In this document: positions 1-10,860 of the stretch, in pieces
Numbering within the stretch: position 1 is the first letter of the stretch
Layout: each line of letters opens with the position of its first letter
Source: Mesotaenium endlicherianum
Lineage: Eukaryota
Direction of reading: 5' to 3'
DNA: 20,000 nucleotides
Assembly: GCA_009602735.1 (NCBI GenBank)
Contig: WELA01000984.1
Coordinates: 395,226 to 415,225 of the forward strand
Program-made: the position numbers and the translations under genes
Notes under the pieces: model-generated
Seen by the model: only the letters and a program-made list of their open reading frames with translations
What the model was told of the DNA's origin: nothing
Database searches by the model: none

Positions 1-1
1 G

Positions 2-1942
2 GCATTTCAAGAGTTAAAGCGAAGATTGACCACATCCCCGGTGCTCACACTCCCAAGTCCAAACCCAGATTGGCCCTTCCACGTCATCACCGATGCATCT
101 TCCTATGCAATAGGAGCAATCCTGCTTCAAGACCAAGGCAAGGGACTGCAGCCCATCGCCTACGAGTCAAGGAAGCTAAATCCAGCCGAGCAAAATTATA
201 CAACCACGGAGCGAGAGGCATTGGCGATTGTACATGCCTTGAAGGTTTGGCGCTGCTACGTTGAAGGACGCAAAGTACTGGTCACCACGGACCACGAGGC
301 GTTAAAGCACCTCCAAACGCAGCCGTATCTCTCAAGGAGACAAGCAAGATGGAGCGGATACTTGCAACAATACAACATCACGATTCAGTACCAGCCCGGC
401 AAGACAAACCCGGCTGACCCCCTCTCAAGACTGCAATTAAATGCAGTGATGGTATCCCTGAAGACAGATCTGGAAGCTCGATTTTCAGCCGCCTATGAAA
501 GAGACCCTTACTACAAGAACGGAGAAGCAGCCTTGGACCCATGCAAGAAGCAAGAAGGCAATTATTGGGTGAGGCAAGATACGGGCCAGAGATGTGTTCC
601 TAATGACTTAGACCTCCGGCTCTTGCTTCTACGAGAAGCACACGACAACCCTCTTGGAGGACACTTTGGAATCCTAAGGACCACGGGCGTTCTAGCTAGG
701 ACTTATTGTTGGCCAGGCATGTCTAAGCAAGTCAAGGAGTACTGCAGGAGCTGTGACACATGCCAAAGAATCAAGCCATCATCGCAAAAGGCGGGAGGAC
801 TCCTCCAACCACTACCAATCCCCGAAAGACAATGGACGGACATCTCAATGGACCTTATCGTGGACTTGCCCGTGACACCTCGAGGCCATAATGCAATACT
901 CACGGTGGTGGACAGACTTACCAAGATGGCTCATTTTATTCCCACGACGACTAAGGCTACAGCACCACAACTTGCAAGACTCATCTTTGACAACATCTTC
1001 CGACTCCATGGACTACCATCAAGAATTGTGTCAGATAGAGATCCAAGATTCACAAGCCATTTCTGGAAAAATCTCTTCAAGAACTTGGGTACATCGCTGG
1101 ATATGTCTACTGCCTACCACCCACAATCAGATGGGCAAACCGAGCGTATGAATCGTACCCTAAAGACCTCTCTAAAGGCCTACGTGTCTACCCTCGAGCA
1201 AGACTGGGACATGTACTTGACCCCCCTCGAGTTTGCCTACAACAACACTACGCAGGCCTCTACCCAAGAGTCCCCATTCTTCCTCAACTATGGCTTCCAT
1301 CCGACCACGCCACTGAGCTTCACGGCTGGCCATGATGAAGTACCTGCAGCCACAGATTTTATGGAGACATTAGAAGCAGCCCTTACAGCAGCGAAGAAAG
1401 CTCTACAACACGCGCAAGATGCTCAAGCAAGAGTGGCGAACAGATCCAGAAGAGAAATTACGTACAGAGTGGGTGACAACGTGTTACTATCATCCAAGAA
1501 CATTTCCCTGAACAACAGGCCTGCCGGCAGCAAGTTCTCTCCCAAGTATTTGGGACCCTTCAAGATTATCCAGCAAGTCAACCCCGTTGCTTTCAAGCTA
1601 GAACTTCCCCAGACTATGCACATCGACCCCGTATTCCACGCTTTCCTCTTCAAGTTGTATGTGCAACCCGACAACAAGTTCCCAGGACGTGTGACAACCC
1701 CACCAGCCCCAACAATAGTGGATGATCATTTGGAGTACGAAGTGGAAGACATAGTGGCTATGAGAAATTTCAGGAGACAGCAGCAATACTTGATCAAGTG
1801 GAAAGGATATCCAGATTCGGAGAATAGTTGGGTGGCGGCGCACTACCTTGACAAAGTTCAGAGAAAGTTGAAGCGCTTCCATGCCGCCAACCCCCATCTT
1901 CGACCAGCCCCAAGTCTCTCTACTAAAAGCCCGAAGACTTGA
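2..1942 (+). CDS. pol: Partial pol of A: RT C-terminus, RNase H, integrase, chromodomain
   Basis: RNase H motifs [14 protein letters not shown] and TDHEAL; integrase HHCC (AHDNPLGGH...CRSCDTC), SMDL/SDRD/QTERMN and GPF; chromodomain [19 protein letters not shown]. The frame is open from the window edge and ends early at TGA 1940-1942, where B has TCA. Confidence 0.95.
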   Translation, partial: AFQELKRRLTTSPVLTLPSPNPDWPFHVITDASSYAIGAILLQDQGKGLQPIAYESRKLNPAEQNYTTTEREALAIVHALKVWRCYVEGRKVLVTTDHEALKHLQTQPYLSRRQARWSGYLQQYNITIQYQPGKTNPADPLSRLQLNAVMVSLKTDLEARFSAAYERDPYYKNGEAALDPCKKQEGNYWVRQDTGQRCVPNDLDLRLLLLREAHDNPLGGHFGILRTTGVLARTYCWPGMSKQVKEYCRSCDTCQRIKPSSQKAGGLLQPLPIPERQWTDISMDLIVDLPVTPRGHNAILTVVDRLTKMAHFIPTTTKATAPQLARLIFDNIFRLHGLPSRIVSDRDPRFTSHFWKNLFKNLGTSLDMSTAYHPQSDGQTERMNRTLKTSLKAYVSTLEQDWDMYLTPLEFAYNNTTQASTQESPFFLNYGFHPTTPLSFTAGHDEVPAATDFMETLEAALTAAKKALQHAQDAQARVANRSRREITYRVGDNVLLSSKNISLNNRPAGSKFSPKYLGPFKIIQQVNPVAFKLELPQTMHIDPVFHAFLFKLYVQPDNKFPGRVTTPPAPTIVDDHLEYEVEDIVAMRNFRRQQQYLIKWKGYPDSENSWVAAHYLDKVQRKLKRFHAANPHLRPAPSLSTKSPKT

Positions 1943-2658
1943 GGGAGGCAGCCTGCCACCATCAAAAAGCAGCAGAAGACCCCTTGGAGGCAGCCCGCAA
2001 GAACCACAAAGAGGAAAAAATGACATTAGACACTTTTCTCTTCTTGCAGTTTCTGAACAAAAAACTAAAACTGCTACTGGCNAACAAAAAACTGAAACTG
2101 CTACTGGCGATAGGTCTCTTCATAATAAATTTTGAAAATTTACTTGGCTGTAGTCCATGAGTAGTCGGTCATTTGGAGTCCAAGTTTGCTCAATTTGGAG
2201 CAGTGGTGAGAGAGATATGATGCTCTAAGAAGAAGGGGGTCCGACTGCTGGCATTGTTAGGGCAGAATATGCCTTCTGACATTGTGCCATCCTCTGAACT
2301 TGGAATGCTCTGAAACTCAAGACTCTGGTGAAACATCTTACAGCGCCTAGTTTGAGACTTAGTTTGCAGAATTTGGAGAAGCATAGAAGGACTTATGATT
2401 TTCAGAAGTTTCTGAACATATTTGGAGGAGTGCCTACTCTCTCAGCTCTCAACGACAGTCCAGAGATTAGAATGCTCTCAAATTTGGTGACTCGGTAGAG
2501 TTCTCCGACGCGGTCCGTTTGGCACTCGAATTTTCAGATTTGGAACAGTTCTGTGGCCTCTATGAATTTTTGAGTTCGTGGCAGATTTGGGCCAACTTGT
2601 ACAATTTTCTTTATCATTAAGGAGTAGGCTAGCCAATAAGGTCACACCACCTACGACC

Positions 2659-2787
2659 TTGCCTAGTCTACCTTACATGTGTAGCACCTGACTTGGCGCC
2701 TTTGACTAGTCCTCTTCACATGTGTGGCATCTGACTTGAAACTGTTGACTAGTTTGCTCCACATGTGTAAGACCTGACTTGACGCGC
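2659..2787 (+). repeat. Three diverged 43-bp tandem units in the 3' UTR of A
   Basis: ACATGTGT starts at 2675, 2718 and 2761; shared core TTGnCTAGT..ACATGTGT....CTGACTTG. Confidence 0.85.
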
Positions 2788-2808
2788 CGAGACGTCGCTT
2801 TTTCTATC

Positions 2809-2818
2809 GGGGGGGTGA
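2809..2818 (+). other. Polypurine tract of A (repeated at ~2875-2884 by an N-join duplication)
   Basis: GGGGGGGTGA directly before the LTR start TGTAGTG. Confidence 0.8.
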
Positions 2819-2884
2819 TGTAGTGATTGGAGTTATTATATATTAGTNCGCGCCGAGTCGTCGCTTTTTCTATCAGGGGGGTGA

Positions 2885-3387
2885 TGTAGTGATTGGAGTT
2901 ATTATATATTAGTTCGCATATATTTTAATGTTTTCAAATATATTTGGAGTAGTATTGTGTGGAGTCAAGTGTGAATAGGTACTCTAGTAACTTGGTTCAT
3001 GTCCTTTGAACCTTCCAAGGCATTTTCGAAGTTAGAGGAAAGACCTAGAAGAACTCCATGTGGCAAAAGTCAAATGTGCCATTTTTAGGTCAAAAGGACA
3101 TGTGTACATTATTCTAGAAAGAGGTGGCAAGTTTTGGGATGTGTTGGGTGCCAACACATCAACATACACCTTCCTAGAAATTACTTATGTAGCAAGTATA
3201 TAAACAAGAGCTAGAACATAGAAAGACACTCGAGAATCACTCTTGTACTTGCCAAAATCCAGAAATATATTAACTTTCAAGAAGCCATCTCTCTTTCAAG
3301 AAGCTACCACTTGTGTTCAAAGATCCTTGTCTTGAATAGATAAAGTATTATGTTTTACTAAGTACTCTATCTATCTGTTTCACTACA
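2885..3387 (+). repeat. 3' LTR of A (503 bp)
   Basis: TGTAGTGA...TCACTACA terminal inverted repeat; homologous to 3875-4380, 5948-6482 and 12157-12660; TATATAAA at 3197-3204. Confidence 0.95.
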
Positions 3388-3874
3388 CATCATAACCCTT
3401 CCATCGAATGAGGTACTTCATGACATATTTAGACGATCAACGGATCGAGCGCGCGTCTAAAATCTCCTCAACCTCATATTCCTCAGGGTCGTCGTCCCGG
3501 ACAGTGGGGACCGGTCCCGGTTGGACAGGTAACCGACCTGTGAACTATGTATTACCGTTGATGTATGGTTCCAGGAAGGAGACATTAAAGACAAAGTGAC
3601 CCTTGTATTCGGCTAACATGTTCAGTTTGTAAGCATTTTGACCGACACGACGCACCACCGAATGTGGACCGACGTAGACGAGACCAAGCTTTTTCTTGAC
3701 CACACCAGGGAGGTACAGGTGCTGAGAATGCAGTTTGACCAAATCGCCCTTAGAAAATGTGAGCTCCCGACGGTGTTGATTAGTGTATTTTTGTTGATTT
3801 TCTTGGGCTTTGTGCAGGTTTTGTTGGACGTTAGACAGGGTGTCAGCAAACTCCTCAGTTAATTGGAGGGAGAC
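3388..3874 (-). pseudogene. pol: C pol piece 3: integrase C-terminus and chromodomain, cut by A
   Basis: Minus translation KAQENQQKYTNQHRRELTF / YVGPHSVVRRVGQNAYKL..VFNVSFLEPY..*..EEYEVEEILDARSIR*SSKYVMKYLIRWKGYD, ending at the A junction; one frameshift and two stops. Confidence 0.9.
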
Positions 3875-4380
3875 TGTAGTGAAACAGATAGATGAAGTAC
3901 TTAGTGAAATAGAATACTTTATCTATTCAAGACAAGGATCTTTGAACACAAGTGGTAGCTTCTTGAAAGAGAGATGGCTTCTTGAAAGTTAATATATATT
4001 TCTGGATTTTTGGCAAGTACAAGAGTGATTTTGGAATGTCTTTCTATGTTCTAGCTCTTGTTTATATACTTGTTACATAAGTAATTTCTAGGAAAGTGTA
4101 TGTTGATGTGTTGGCACCCAACACATCCCAAAACTTGCCACCTCTTTCTAGAATAATGTACACATGTCCTTTTGACCTAAAAATGGCACATCTGACTTTT
4201 GCCACATGGAGTTCTTCTAGGTCTTTCCTCTAACTTCGAAAATGCCTTGGAAGGTTCAAAGGACATGAACCAAGTTACTAGAGCACCTATTCACACTTGA
4301 CTCCACACAATACTACTCCAAATATATTTGAAAACATTAAAATATATGCAAACTAATATATAATAATTCAAATCATTACA
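3875..4380 (-). mobile_element. Solo LTR of the A/B family (506 bp)
   Basis: Full LTR with TG...CA ends, flanked by TSD GAGAC (3870-3874, 4381-4385); no PBS or PPT adjacent; removing it restores C frame EGIENSVSLQLTEEF. Confidence 0.95.
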
Positions 4381-5947
4381 GAGACCGAGTTCTCAATCCC
4401 TTCAAGGTGAGTTAAAGACTTCCCTAGGACATCTAAAGGAGACTTAGGGACTCTACCCAGGCTCAGTTCAAAAGGAGTCTTGCCCGTTGACGCGTGCACC
4501 GCACTGTTGACCGCAAACTGGATTTGAGGTAACAGGTCATCCCAATTATCTTGTTTTCGGTTAATATGGGCTCTCAGTACCTCTTGCAGAACTCGGTTAT
4601 TTCTTTCAGTTTGACCATCAGTCTGAGGGTGGTTTGCTGTGCTAAGCAGCTGTCTGACTCCCATTAACCCCATTAAAGCCCTCCAGAACTTAGAGGTAAA
4701 TTTTGAGTCTCTGTCTGAGATTATATTAGAAGGTAGCCCATGTTGGCATACTACATGGTTGTAAAACTGTCTCGCTGTTTCGAGTGCAGTCACTTTGACA
4801 GTTGTGGGGATGAAAATGACCATTTTTGTCAGTTTATCCACGACTACCAATATCAAATCATGCCCATTAGCAGTTCGTGGTAGTGTGACCACCCAGTCCA
4901 TGGATATAGATTCCCAGCGTCCAGCTGGGATGGGCAGTGGTTGTAAGAGGCCCCCCGGTGGTGTGTGCCTAGACTTATTCTTTTGACATTGGTCACAGGA
5001 CTTAACGTATTTCAAGACCTCCCGAGGTAATCCCTCCCAATGATAATGTTTTGCGAGTTTGCCAACAGTCTTGGCCTGCCCAAATGCCCACCCAGTAAAC
5101 TGTCATGTGCTTGACTCAATAAAAGAGACCTTATTTCGAAGTTATTAGGAATGACCAGCTTCAGCTTGCCTGAAGTGGTTTCAGTCACCCAGACCCCTCC
5201 CTTAAGTTTATACCCGAGTGCAGTAGCACGACACACACCAGTAGTGGGGCTGGGCTCAAATGTTGGGTCAGAAAGGTAGGCTTTTCTAAGTTGTTCGAGG
5301 AAGGACTTTTTCATCTTTAGTGAAGTGAGTGCACACAGGACTTTAACTACAGCATGCTGATTAAAGTTCCTTTCTTGCAAGTCAGGTCTTCCAGAGAGTG
5401 CATCAGCAGGATTCAACTTCCCTGATTTGTAGTCGATCTGGACATGAAACTGCTCCAGCATCTGGCTCCAGTGGTTCTCCCTCCTCGACAGCTTGGACTT
5501 CTTCTGAAAGTGGGTCAGAGCTAGATGAGGTGTAATCACCTTAAAAGCTTTACCATGTCAGTATGCTCTCCATTGTTTGAGCACATGAATGAAAGCTAGA
5601 AGCTCTTTATCATGCTCTGAGTAATTAATCTCCGCTGGATTAAATTTCATAGACTCGTACGACACAGGGTGCCACTCCTGCCTTACCTTACCATCCTTTG
5701 TGGTTTTCTCAGCAGGCTGCAACAAAATAGCACCCATGGCAAAGTCAGAAGCATCAGTGACCACCTGCACCGGTTTGCCGGGGTCATACACGGCTAGCAC
5801 TGGGGCAGAACAAAGAGCATCTTTAAGGGTCTGGAAGGCAGCCTGCTGCTCTTCCCCCCACACATACCCTATGTCTTTCTTAGTAAGGTCAGTCAGTTTA
5901 CTGGCCATTGTAGAATAATTCTCAATAAATCTCTTGTAGTAGTTAGC
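4381..5947 (-). pseudogene. pol: C pol piece 2: RT C-terminus, RNase H and integrase core
   Basis: ORF fragments 5558-5908 (VVTDASDFAMGAIL), 5012-5539 (AHDSLLGGHLG) and 4368-5015 (CDQC, SMDW, SDRD, QTERNN), broken by stops and frameshifts. Confidence 0.92.
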
Positions 5948-6482
5948 TGTAGTGAAACAGATAGATAAAGTACTTAGTAAAACAGAATAGTTTATCTATT
6001 CAAGACAAGGATCTTTGAACACAAGTGGTAGCTTCTTGAAAGAGAGATGGCTTCTTGAAAGTTAATATATTTCTGGATTTTGGCAAGTACAAGAGTGATT
6101 CTGGAATGTCTTTCTATGTTCTAGCTCTTGTTTATAGACTTGCTACATAAGTAATTTCTAGGAAAGTGTATNAGTGTATGTTCATGTTCAGTGTATGTTC
6201 ATGTTGATGTGTTGGCACCCAACACATCCCAAAACTTGCCACCTCTTTCTAGAATAATGTACACATGTGCTTTTGACCTAAAAATGGCACATTTGACTTT
6301 TGCCACATGGAGTTCTTCTAGGTCTTTCCTCTAACTTCGAAAATGCCTTGGAAGGTTCAAAGGACATGAACCAAGTAACTAGAGTACCTATTCACACTTG
6401 ACTCCACACAATACTACTCCAAATATATTTGAAAACATTAAAAATATATGCAAACTAATATATAATAACTCAAATCACTACA
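5948..6482 (-). repeat. 3' LTR of B
   Basis: Matches the 5' LTR apart from about 6 substitutions counted by eye and 31 extra bases around the N at 6172. Confidence 0.95.
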
Positions 6483-6492
6483 TCACCCCCCC
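6483..6492 (-). other. Polypurine tract of B
   Basis: Minus strand GGGGGGGTGA abutting the 3' LTR. Confidence 0.85.
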
Positions 6493-6513
6493 AATAGTGA
6501 AAGCGACGTCTCG

Positions 6514-6642
6514 GCGCGTCAAGTCAGGTCTTACACATGTGGAGCAAACTAGTCAACAGTTTCAAGTCAGATGACACACATGTGAAGAGGACTAGTCAAA
6601 GGCGCCAAGTCAGGTGCTACACATGTAAGGTAGACTAGGCAA
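6514..6642 (-). repeat. Three 43-bp tandem units in the 3' UTR of B
   Basis: Mirror image of 2659-2787. Confidence 0.85.
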
Positions 6643-7251
6643 GGTCGTAGGTGGTGTGACCTTATTGGCTAGCCTACTCCTTAATGATAAAGAAAATTGT
6701 ACAAGTTGGCCCAGAATCTGCCACAAATTCAAAAATTCATAGCGGCCACAGAACTGCTTTAAATCTGAAAATTCGAAAGCCAAACGGACCGCGTCGGAGA
6801 ACTCTACCGAGTCACCAAATTTGAGAGCATTCTAATTTCTGGACTGTCGTTGAGAGCTGAGAGAGTAGGCACTCCTCCAAATCTGTTCAGAAACTTCTGA
6901 AAATCATAAGTCCTTCTATGCTTCTCCAAATTCTGCAAACTAAGTCTCAAACTGGGCGCTGTAAGATGTTCTACCAGAGTCTTGAGTTTCAGAGCATTCC
7001 AAGTTCAGGGGAGGGCACAATGTCAGAAGGCATATTCTGCCCTAACAATGCCAGCAGCCTGACCCCCTTCTACTTAGAGCATCATATCTCTCTCACCAAT
7101 GCTCCAAATTGAGCAAACTTGGACTCCAAATGACCGGCAACTCATGGAATACAGCCAGGTTAATTTTCAGAATTTATTATGAAGAGACCTATCACCAGTA
7201 GCAGTTTTAGTTTTCTGTCTAGAAACTGCAAGAAGAGAAGAGTGTCTAATG

Positions 7252-10200
7252 TCAATTTTTCCTCTTTCTTGTTCTTGCGGGCTGCCTCCAAGGGGTCTTC
7301 TGCTGCTTCTTGATGGTGGCAGGCTGCCTCCCTGAAGTCTTCGGGCTTTTAGTAGAGAGACTTGGGGCTGGTCCAAGATGGGGGTTGGCGGCATGGAAGC
7401 GCTTCAACTTTCTCTGAACTTTGTCAAGGTAGTGCGCCGCCACCCAACTATTCTCCGAATCTGGATATCCTTTCCACTTGATCAAGTATTGCTGCTGTCT
7501 CCTGAAATTTCTCATAGCCACTATGTCTTCCACTTCGTACTCCAAATGATCATCCACTATTGTTGGGGCTGGTGGGGTTGTCACACGTCCTGGGAACTTG
7601 TTGTCGGGTTGCACATATGGCTTGAAGAGGGAAGCGTGGAATACGGGGTCGATGTGCATAGTCTGGGGAAGTTCTAGCTTGAAAGCAACGGGGTTGACTT
7701 GCTGGATAATCTTGAAGGGTCCCAAATACTTGGGAGAGAACTTGCTGCCGGCAGGCCTGTTGTTCAGGGAAATGTTCTTGGATGATAGTAACACGTTGTC
7801 ACCCACTCTGTACGTAATTTCTCTTCTGGATCTGTTCGCCACTCTTGCTTGAGCATCTTGCGCGTGTTGTAGAGCTTTCTTCGCTGCTGTAAGGGCTGCT
7901 TCTAATGTCTCCATAAAATCTGTGGCTGCAGGTACTTCATCATGGCCAGCCGTGAAGCTCAGTGGCGTGGTCGGATGGAAGCCATAGTTGAGGAAGAATG
8001 GGGACTCTTGGGTAGAGGCCTGCGTAGTGTTGTTGTAGGCAAACTCGAGGGGGGTCAAGTACATGTCCCAGTCTTGCTCGAGGGTAGACACGTAGGCCTT
8101 TAGAGAGGTCTTTAGGGTACGATTCATACGCTCGGTTTGCCCATCTGATTGTGGGTGGTAGGCAGTAGACATATCCAGCGATGTACCCAAGTTCTTGAAG
8201 AGATTTTTCCAGAAATGGCTTGTGAATCTTGGATCTCTATCTGACACAATTCTTGATGGTAGTCCATGGAGTCGGAAGATGTTGTCAAAGATGAGTCTTG
8301 CAAGTTGTGGTGCTGTAGCCTTAGTCGTCGTGGGAATAAAATGAGCCATCTTGGTAAGTCTGTCCACCACCGTGAGTATTGCATTATGGCCTCGAGGTGT
8401 CACGGGCAAGTCCACGATAAGGTCCATTGAGATGTCCGTCCATTGTCTTTCGGGGATTGGTAGTGGTTGGAGGAGTCCTCCCGCCTTTTGCGATGATGGC
8501 TTGATTCTTTGGCATGTGTCACAGCTCCTGCAGTACTCCTTGACTTGCTTAGACATGCCTGGCCAACAATAAGTCCTAGCTAGAACGCCCGTGGTCCTTA
8601 GGATTCCAAAGTGTCCTCCAAGAGGGTTGTCGTGTGCTTCTCGTAGAAGCAAGAGCCGGAGGTCTAAGTCATTAGGAACACATCTCTGGCCCGTATCTTG
8701 CCTCACCCAATAATTGCCTTCTTGCTTCTTGCATGGGTCCAAGGCTGCTTCTCCGTTCTTGTAGTAAGGGTCTCTTTCATAGGCGGCTGAAAATCGAGCT
8801 TCCAGATCTGTCTTCAGGGATACCATCACTGCATTTAATTGCAGTCTTGAGAGGGGGTCAGCCGGGTTTGTCTTGCCGGGCTGGTACTGAATCGTGATGT
8901 TGTATTGTTGCAAGTATCCGCTCCATCTTGCTTGTCTCCTTGAGAGATACGGCTGCGTCTGGAGGTGCTTTAACGCCTCGTGGTCCGTGGTGACCAGTAC
9001 TTTGCGTCCTTCAACGTAGCAGCGCCAAACCTTCAAGGCATGTACAATCGCCAATGCCTCTCGCTCCGTGGTTGTATAATTTTGCTCGGCTGGATTTAGC
9101 TTCCTTGACTCGTAGGCGATGGGCTGCAGTCCCTTGCCTTGGTCTTGAAGCAGGATTGCTCCTATTGCATAGGAAGATGCATCGGTGATGACGTGGAAGG
9201 GCCAATCTGGGTTTGGACTTGGGAGTGTGAGCACCGGGGATGTGGTCAATCTTCGCTTTAACTCTTGAAATGCCTCTTCCTCTTTCTCGGTCCATGTATA
9301 TAGCCTGTCCTTCTTGAGTAGATCTGTCAGGGGGGCTGCTATGTGCGAGAAGCCTTGGATGAATTTTCTGTACCAATTGGCAAATCCCAAGAATGACTGG
9401 AGTTCTTTCTTGGTCGTGGGGGTTGGCCATTCCTCCACCACCGTGGTCTTCTTGGGGTCTATCTTGATGCCATCAGCAGTCACGTGGAGACCTAGGAACT
9501 CCACTTCTTGTTTGGCAAACTCGCATTTTGACTCCTTCGCAAACAGCTTGTTTTGCTTCAATACTTCAAGGACTTCTTTCAAGTGTCTCGCATGCTCTTC
9601 AAGGGTCTTGCTGTAGATAAGGATGTCATCGATGAATACCACCACAAATCTGTCCAACATGGGCTGAAATATGGTGTTCATCATAGTCATGAAAGTTGCT
9701 GGCGCGTTGGTGAGTCCAAATGGCAGGACCATGAACTCAAAATGTCCATATCTTGTCCTGAATGCCGTCTTCTCTATGTCCGGTTCTGCGATGCGAATCT
9801 GGTGGTAGCCGCTCCGTAAGTCAATCTTCGTGAAGTACTTGGCTCCAACCAGCCGGTCCATGAGCTCATCCATGCGCGGCAGCGGGTATCGATTCTTGAT
9901 GGTGATCTTGTTGAGGGCGCGATAGTCCACACACATCCTCAAGGTACCATCTTTCTTCTTGACAAATAGCACCGGGGCTCCAAATGGCGACTTGCTAGGT
10001 CGAATGAAGCCATGCTCCAGTAGCTCCTTGATTTGCTTCTTGACTTCGTCTAGCTCCGTGTATGACATTTTGAACGTAGGCCGAGAGATGGGCTTGCTTC
10101 CGGGCTCCAACTCTATCTTGTGGTCTACGAATCTTTTGGGGGGTAGGCCCTTGGGCAATTCCGGGGAGAACACTTCTTTGTAGTCCTCAAAGACTTCTTG

Positions 10201-10860
10201 TATCTCCTTGGGAACGGGGCTGCCTTCTTGACTCTCGATGTCTTTCTTGATGTCTTTTGGCGTGATCAAGGCCAAAAGAAGCTCGTGTCCCTTCCTCACA
10301 AGTCTCTTGAGTTGGAGGGCGGACAATAGTATCTCGTGTGCCGGCTTCTGGATGTCTTGGGTCTGGATATTCTGGATTGCGCGCAAAATACAGATTCTTG
10401 AAGTGATGTCATTCTTGATCTTGATAGTACCGGTCCTCCAATCAACTTGGGGGTTGTGCTTGGTCAACCAAGGCGTCCCTAGGATGACGTCGTACTTGCC
10501 CAATTGCATGGGGGAGAACACTACTCTATCCTTGAAGGACTTGATAGAGAGTGCCAAGGGGTACGTCTTCTTGGAAGGGGTAGTATAGGAGAATCCATCG
10601 GGCATCATAATCTCCTCGTCGTGGTCAAGAGTTCGCATAGTAATACCGTGCTTGGTGGCAAAATCTGCAGCAATGAAGTTGCCTTGAGCTCCGCTATCCA
10701 CCAAGATGTGGACCTTCTCTCCTCCAAGGTAACCTCTCAAACTCATTGGGGCTGGAACGTCGTCTTCAACGGGGGTCTCCACCTCACTTGGCGTGTTGCC
10801 TTCTCGTGAAGTGGGTCTTGGGGTGGTAGGCTCCTGGCCTACCGGCGCTGTCCGTTTTTT
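7252..10860 (-). CDS. pol: Pol of B (protease, RT, RNase H, integrase, chromodomain), probably expressed as Gag-Pol
   Basis: Uninterrupted ORF (track 7252-10917) with [40 protein letters not shown] and a chromodomain; lies in the -1 frame relative to gag. Confidence 0.97.
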   Translation of the reverse strand, partial: KKRTAPVGQEPTTPRPTSREGNTPSEVETPVEDDVPAPMSLRGYLGGEKVHILVDSGAQGNFIAADFATKHGITMRTLDHDEEIMMPDGFSYTTPSKKTYPLALSIKSFKDRVVFSPMQLGKYDVILGTPWLTKHNPQVDWRTGTIKIKNDITSRICILRAIQNIQTQDIQKPAHEILLSALQLKRLVRKGHELLLALITPKDIKKDIESQEGSPVPKEIQEVFEDYKEVFSPELPKGLPPKRFVDHKIELEPGSKPISRPTFKMSYTELDEVKKQIKELLEHGFIRPSKSPFGAPVLFVKKKDGTLRMCVDYRALNKITIKNRYPLPRMDELMDRLVGAKYFTKIDLRSGYHQIRIAEPDIEKTAFRTRYGHFEFMVLPFGLTNAPATFMTMMNTIFQPMLDRFVVVFIDDILIYSKTLEEHARHLKEVLEVLKQNKLFAKESKCEFAKQEVEFLGLHVTADGIKIDPKKTTVVEEWPTPTTKKELQSFLGFANWYRKFIQGFSHIAAPLTDLLKKDRLYTWTEKEEEAFQELKRRLTTSPVLTLPSPNPDWPFHVITDASSYAIGAILLQDQGKGLQPIAYESRKLNPAEQNYTTTEREALAIVHALKVWRCYVEGRKVLVTTDHEALKHLQTQPYLSRRQARWSGYLQQYNITIQYQPGKTNPADPLSRLQLNAVMVSLKTDLEARFSAAYERDPYYKNGEAALDPCKKQEGNYWVRQDTGQRCVPNDLDLRLLLLREAHDNPLGGHFGILRTTGVLARTYCWPGMSKQVKEYCRSCDTCQRIKPSSQKAGGLLQPLPIPERQWTDISMDLIVDLPVTPRGHNAILTVVDRLTKMAHFIPTTTKATAPQLARLIFDNIFRLHGLPSRIVSDRDPRFTSHFWKNLFKNLGTSLDMSTAYHPQSDGQTERMNRTLKTSLKAYVSTLEQDWDMYLTPLEFAYNNTTQASTQESPFFLNYGFHPTTPLSFTAGHDEVPAATDFMETLEAALTAAKKALQHAQDAQARVANRSRREITYRVGDNVLLSSKNISLNNRPAGSKFSPKYLGPFKIIQQVNPVAFKLELPQTMHIDPVFHASLFKPYVQPDNKFPGRVTTPPAPTIVDDHLEYEVEDIVAMRNFRRQQQYLIKWKGYPDSENSWVAAHYLDKVQRKLKRFHAANPHLGPAPSLSTKSPKTSGRQPATIKKQQKTPWRQPARTRKRKN
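10825..10860 (-). other. Candidate -1 ribosomal frameshift signal of B
   Basis: In-frame slippery heptamer A AAA AAC (10860-10854), then after 10 nt a perfect hairpin GGTAGGC-CAGGA-GCCTACC (10843-10825). Confidence 0.75.

Larger units (their letters stand above)
1..3387 (+). mobile_element. Element A: 3' half of a Ty3/gypsy chromovirus, same family as B; continues left of the window
   Basis: Contains the pol 3' part, a ~0.9-kb 3' UTR, PPT GGGGGGGTGA and a 3' LTR (TGTAG...CTACA). It is the reverse complement of B 5948-9274. Its right flank CATCA lies in the chromodomain of C. Confidence 0.95.

Noticed and set aside
2056..2108. 26-bp tandem duplication in the A 3' UTR
   Set aside because: The copies flank a single N (2082) and B has one copy; likely an unmerged contig overlap.
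2783..2913. Duplicated PPT and LTR start in A
   Set aside because: The duplication is centred on the N at 2848 and is absent from B; likely an assembly join.
6165..6205. Short AGTGTATGTTCATGTT repeats in the B 3' LTR
   Set aside because: They follow the N at 6172 and are missing from the other three LTR copies; likely a gap-filling artefact.
6918..7112. Antisense 64-aa ORF in the 3' UTR of both A (2190-2384) and B
   Set aside because: The two copies differ at 7 of 64 residues, which suggests no coding constraint; sharing is explained by copy relatedness. No env-like features.
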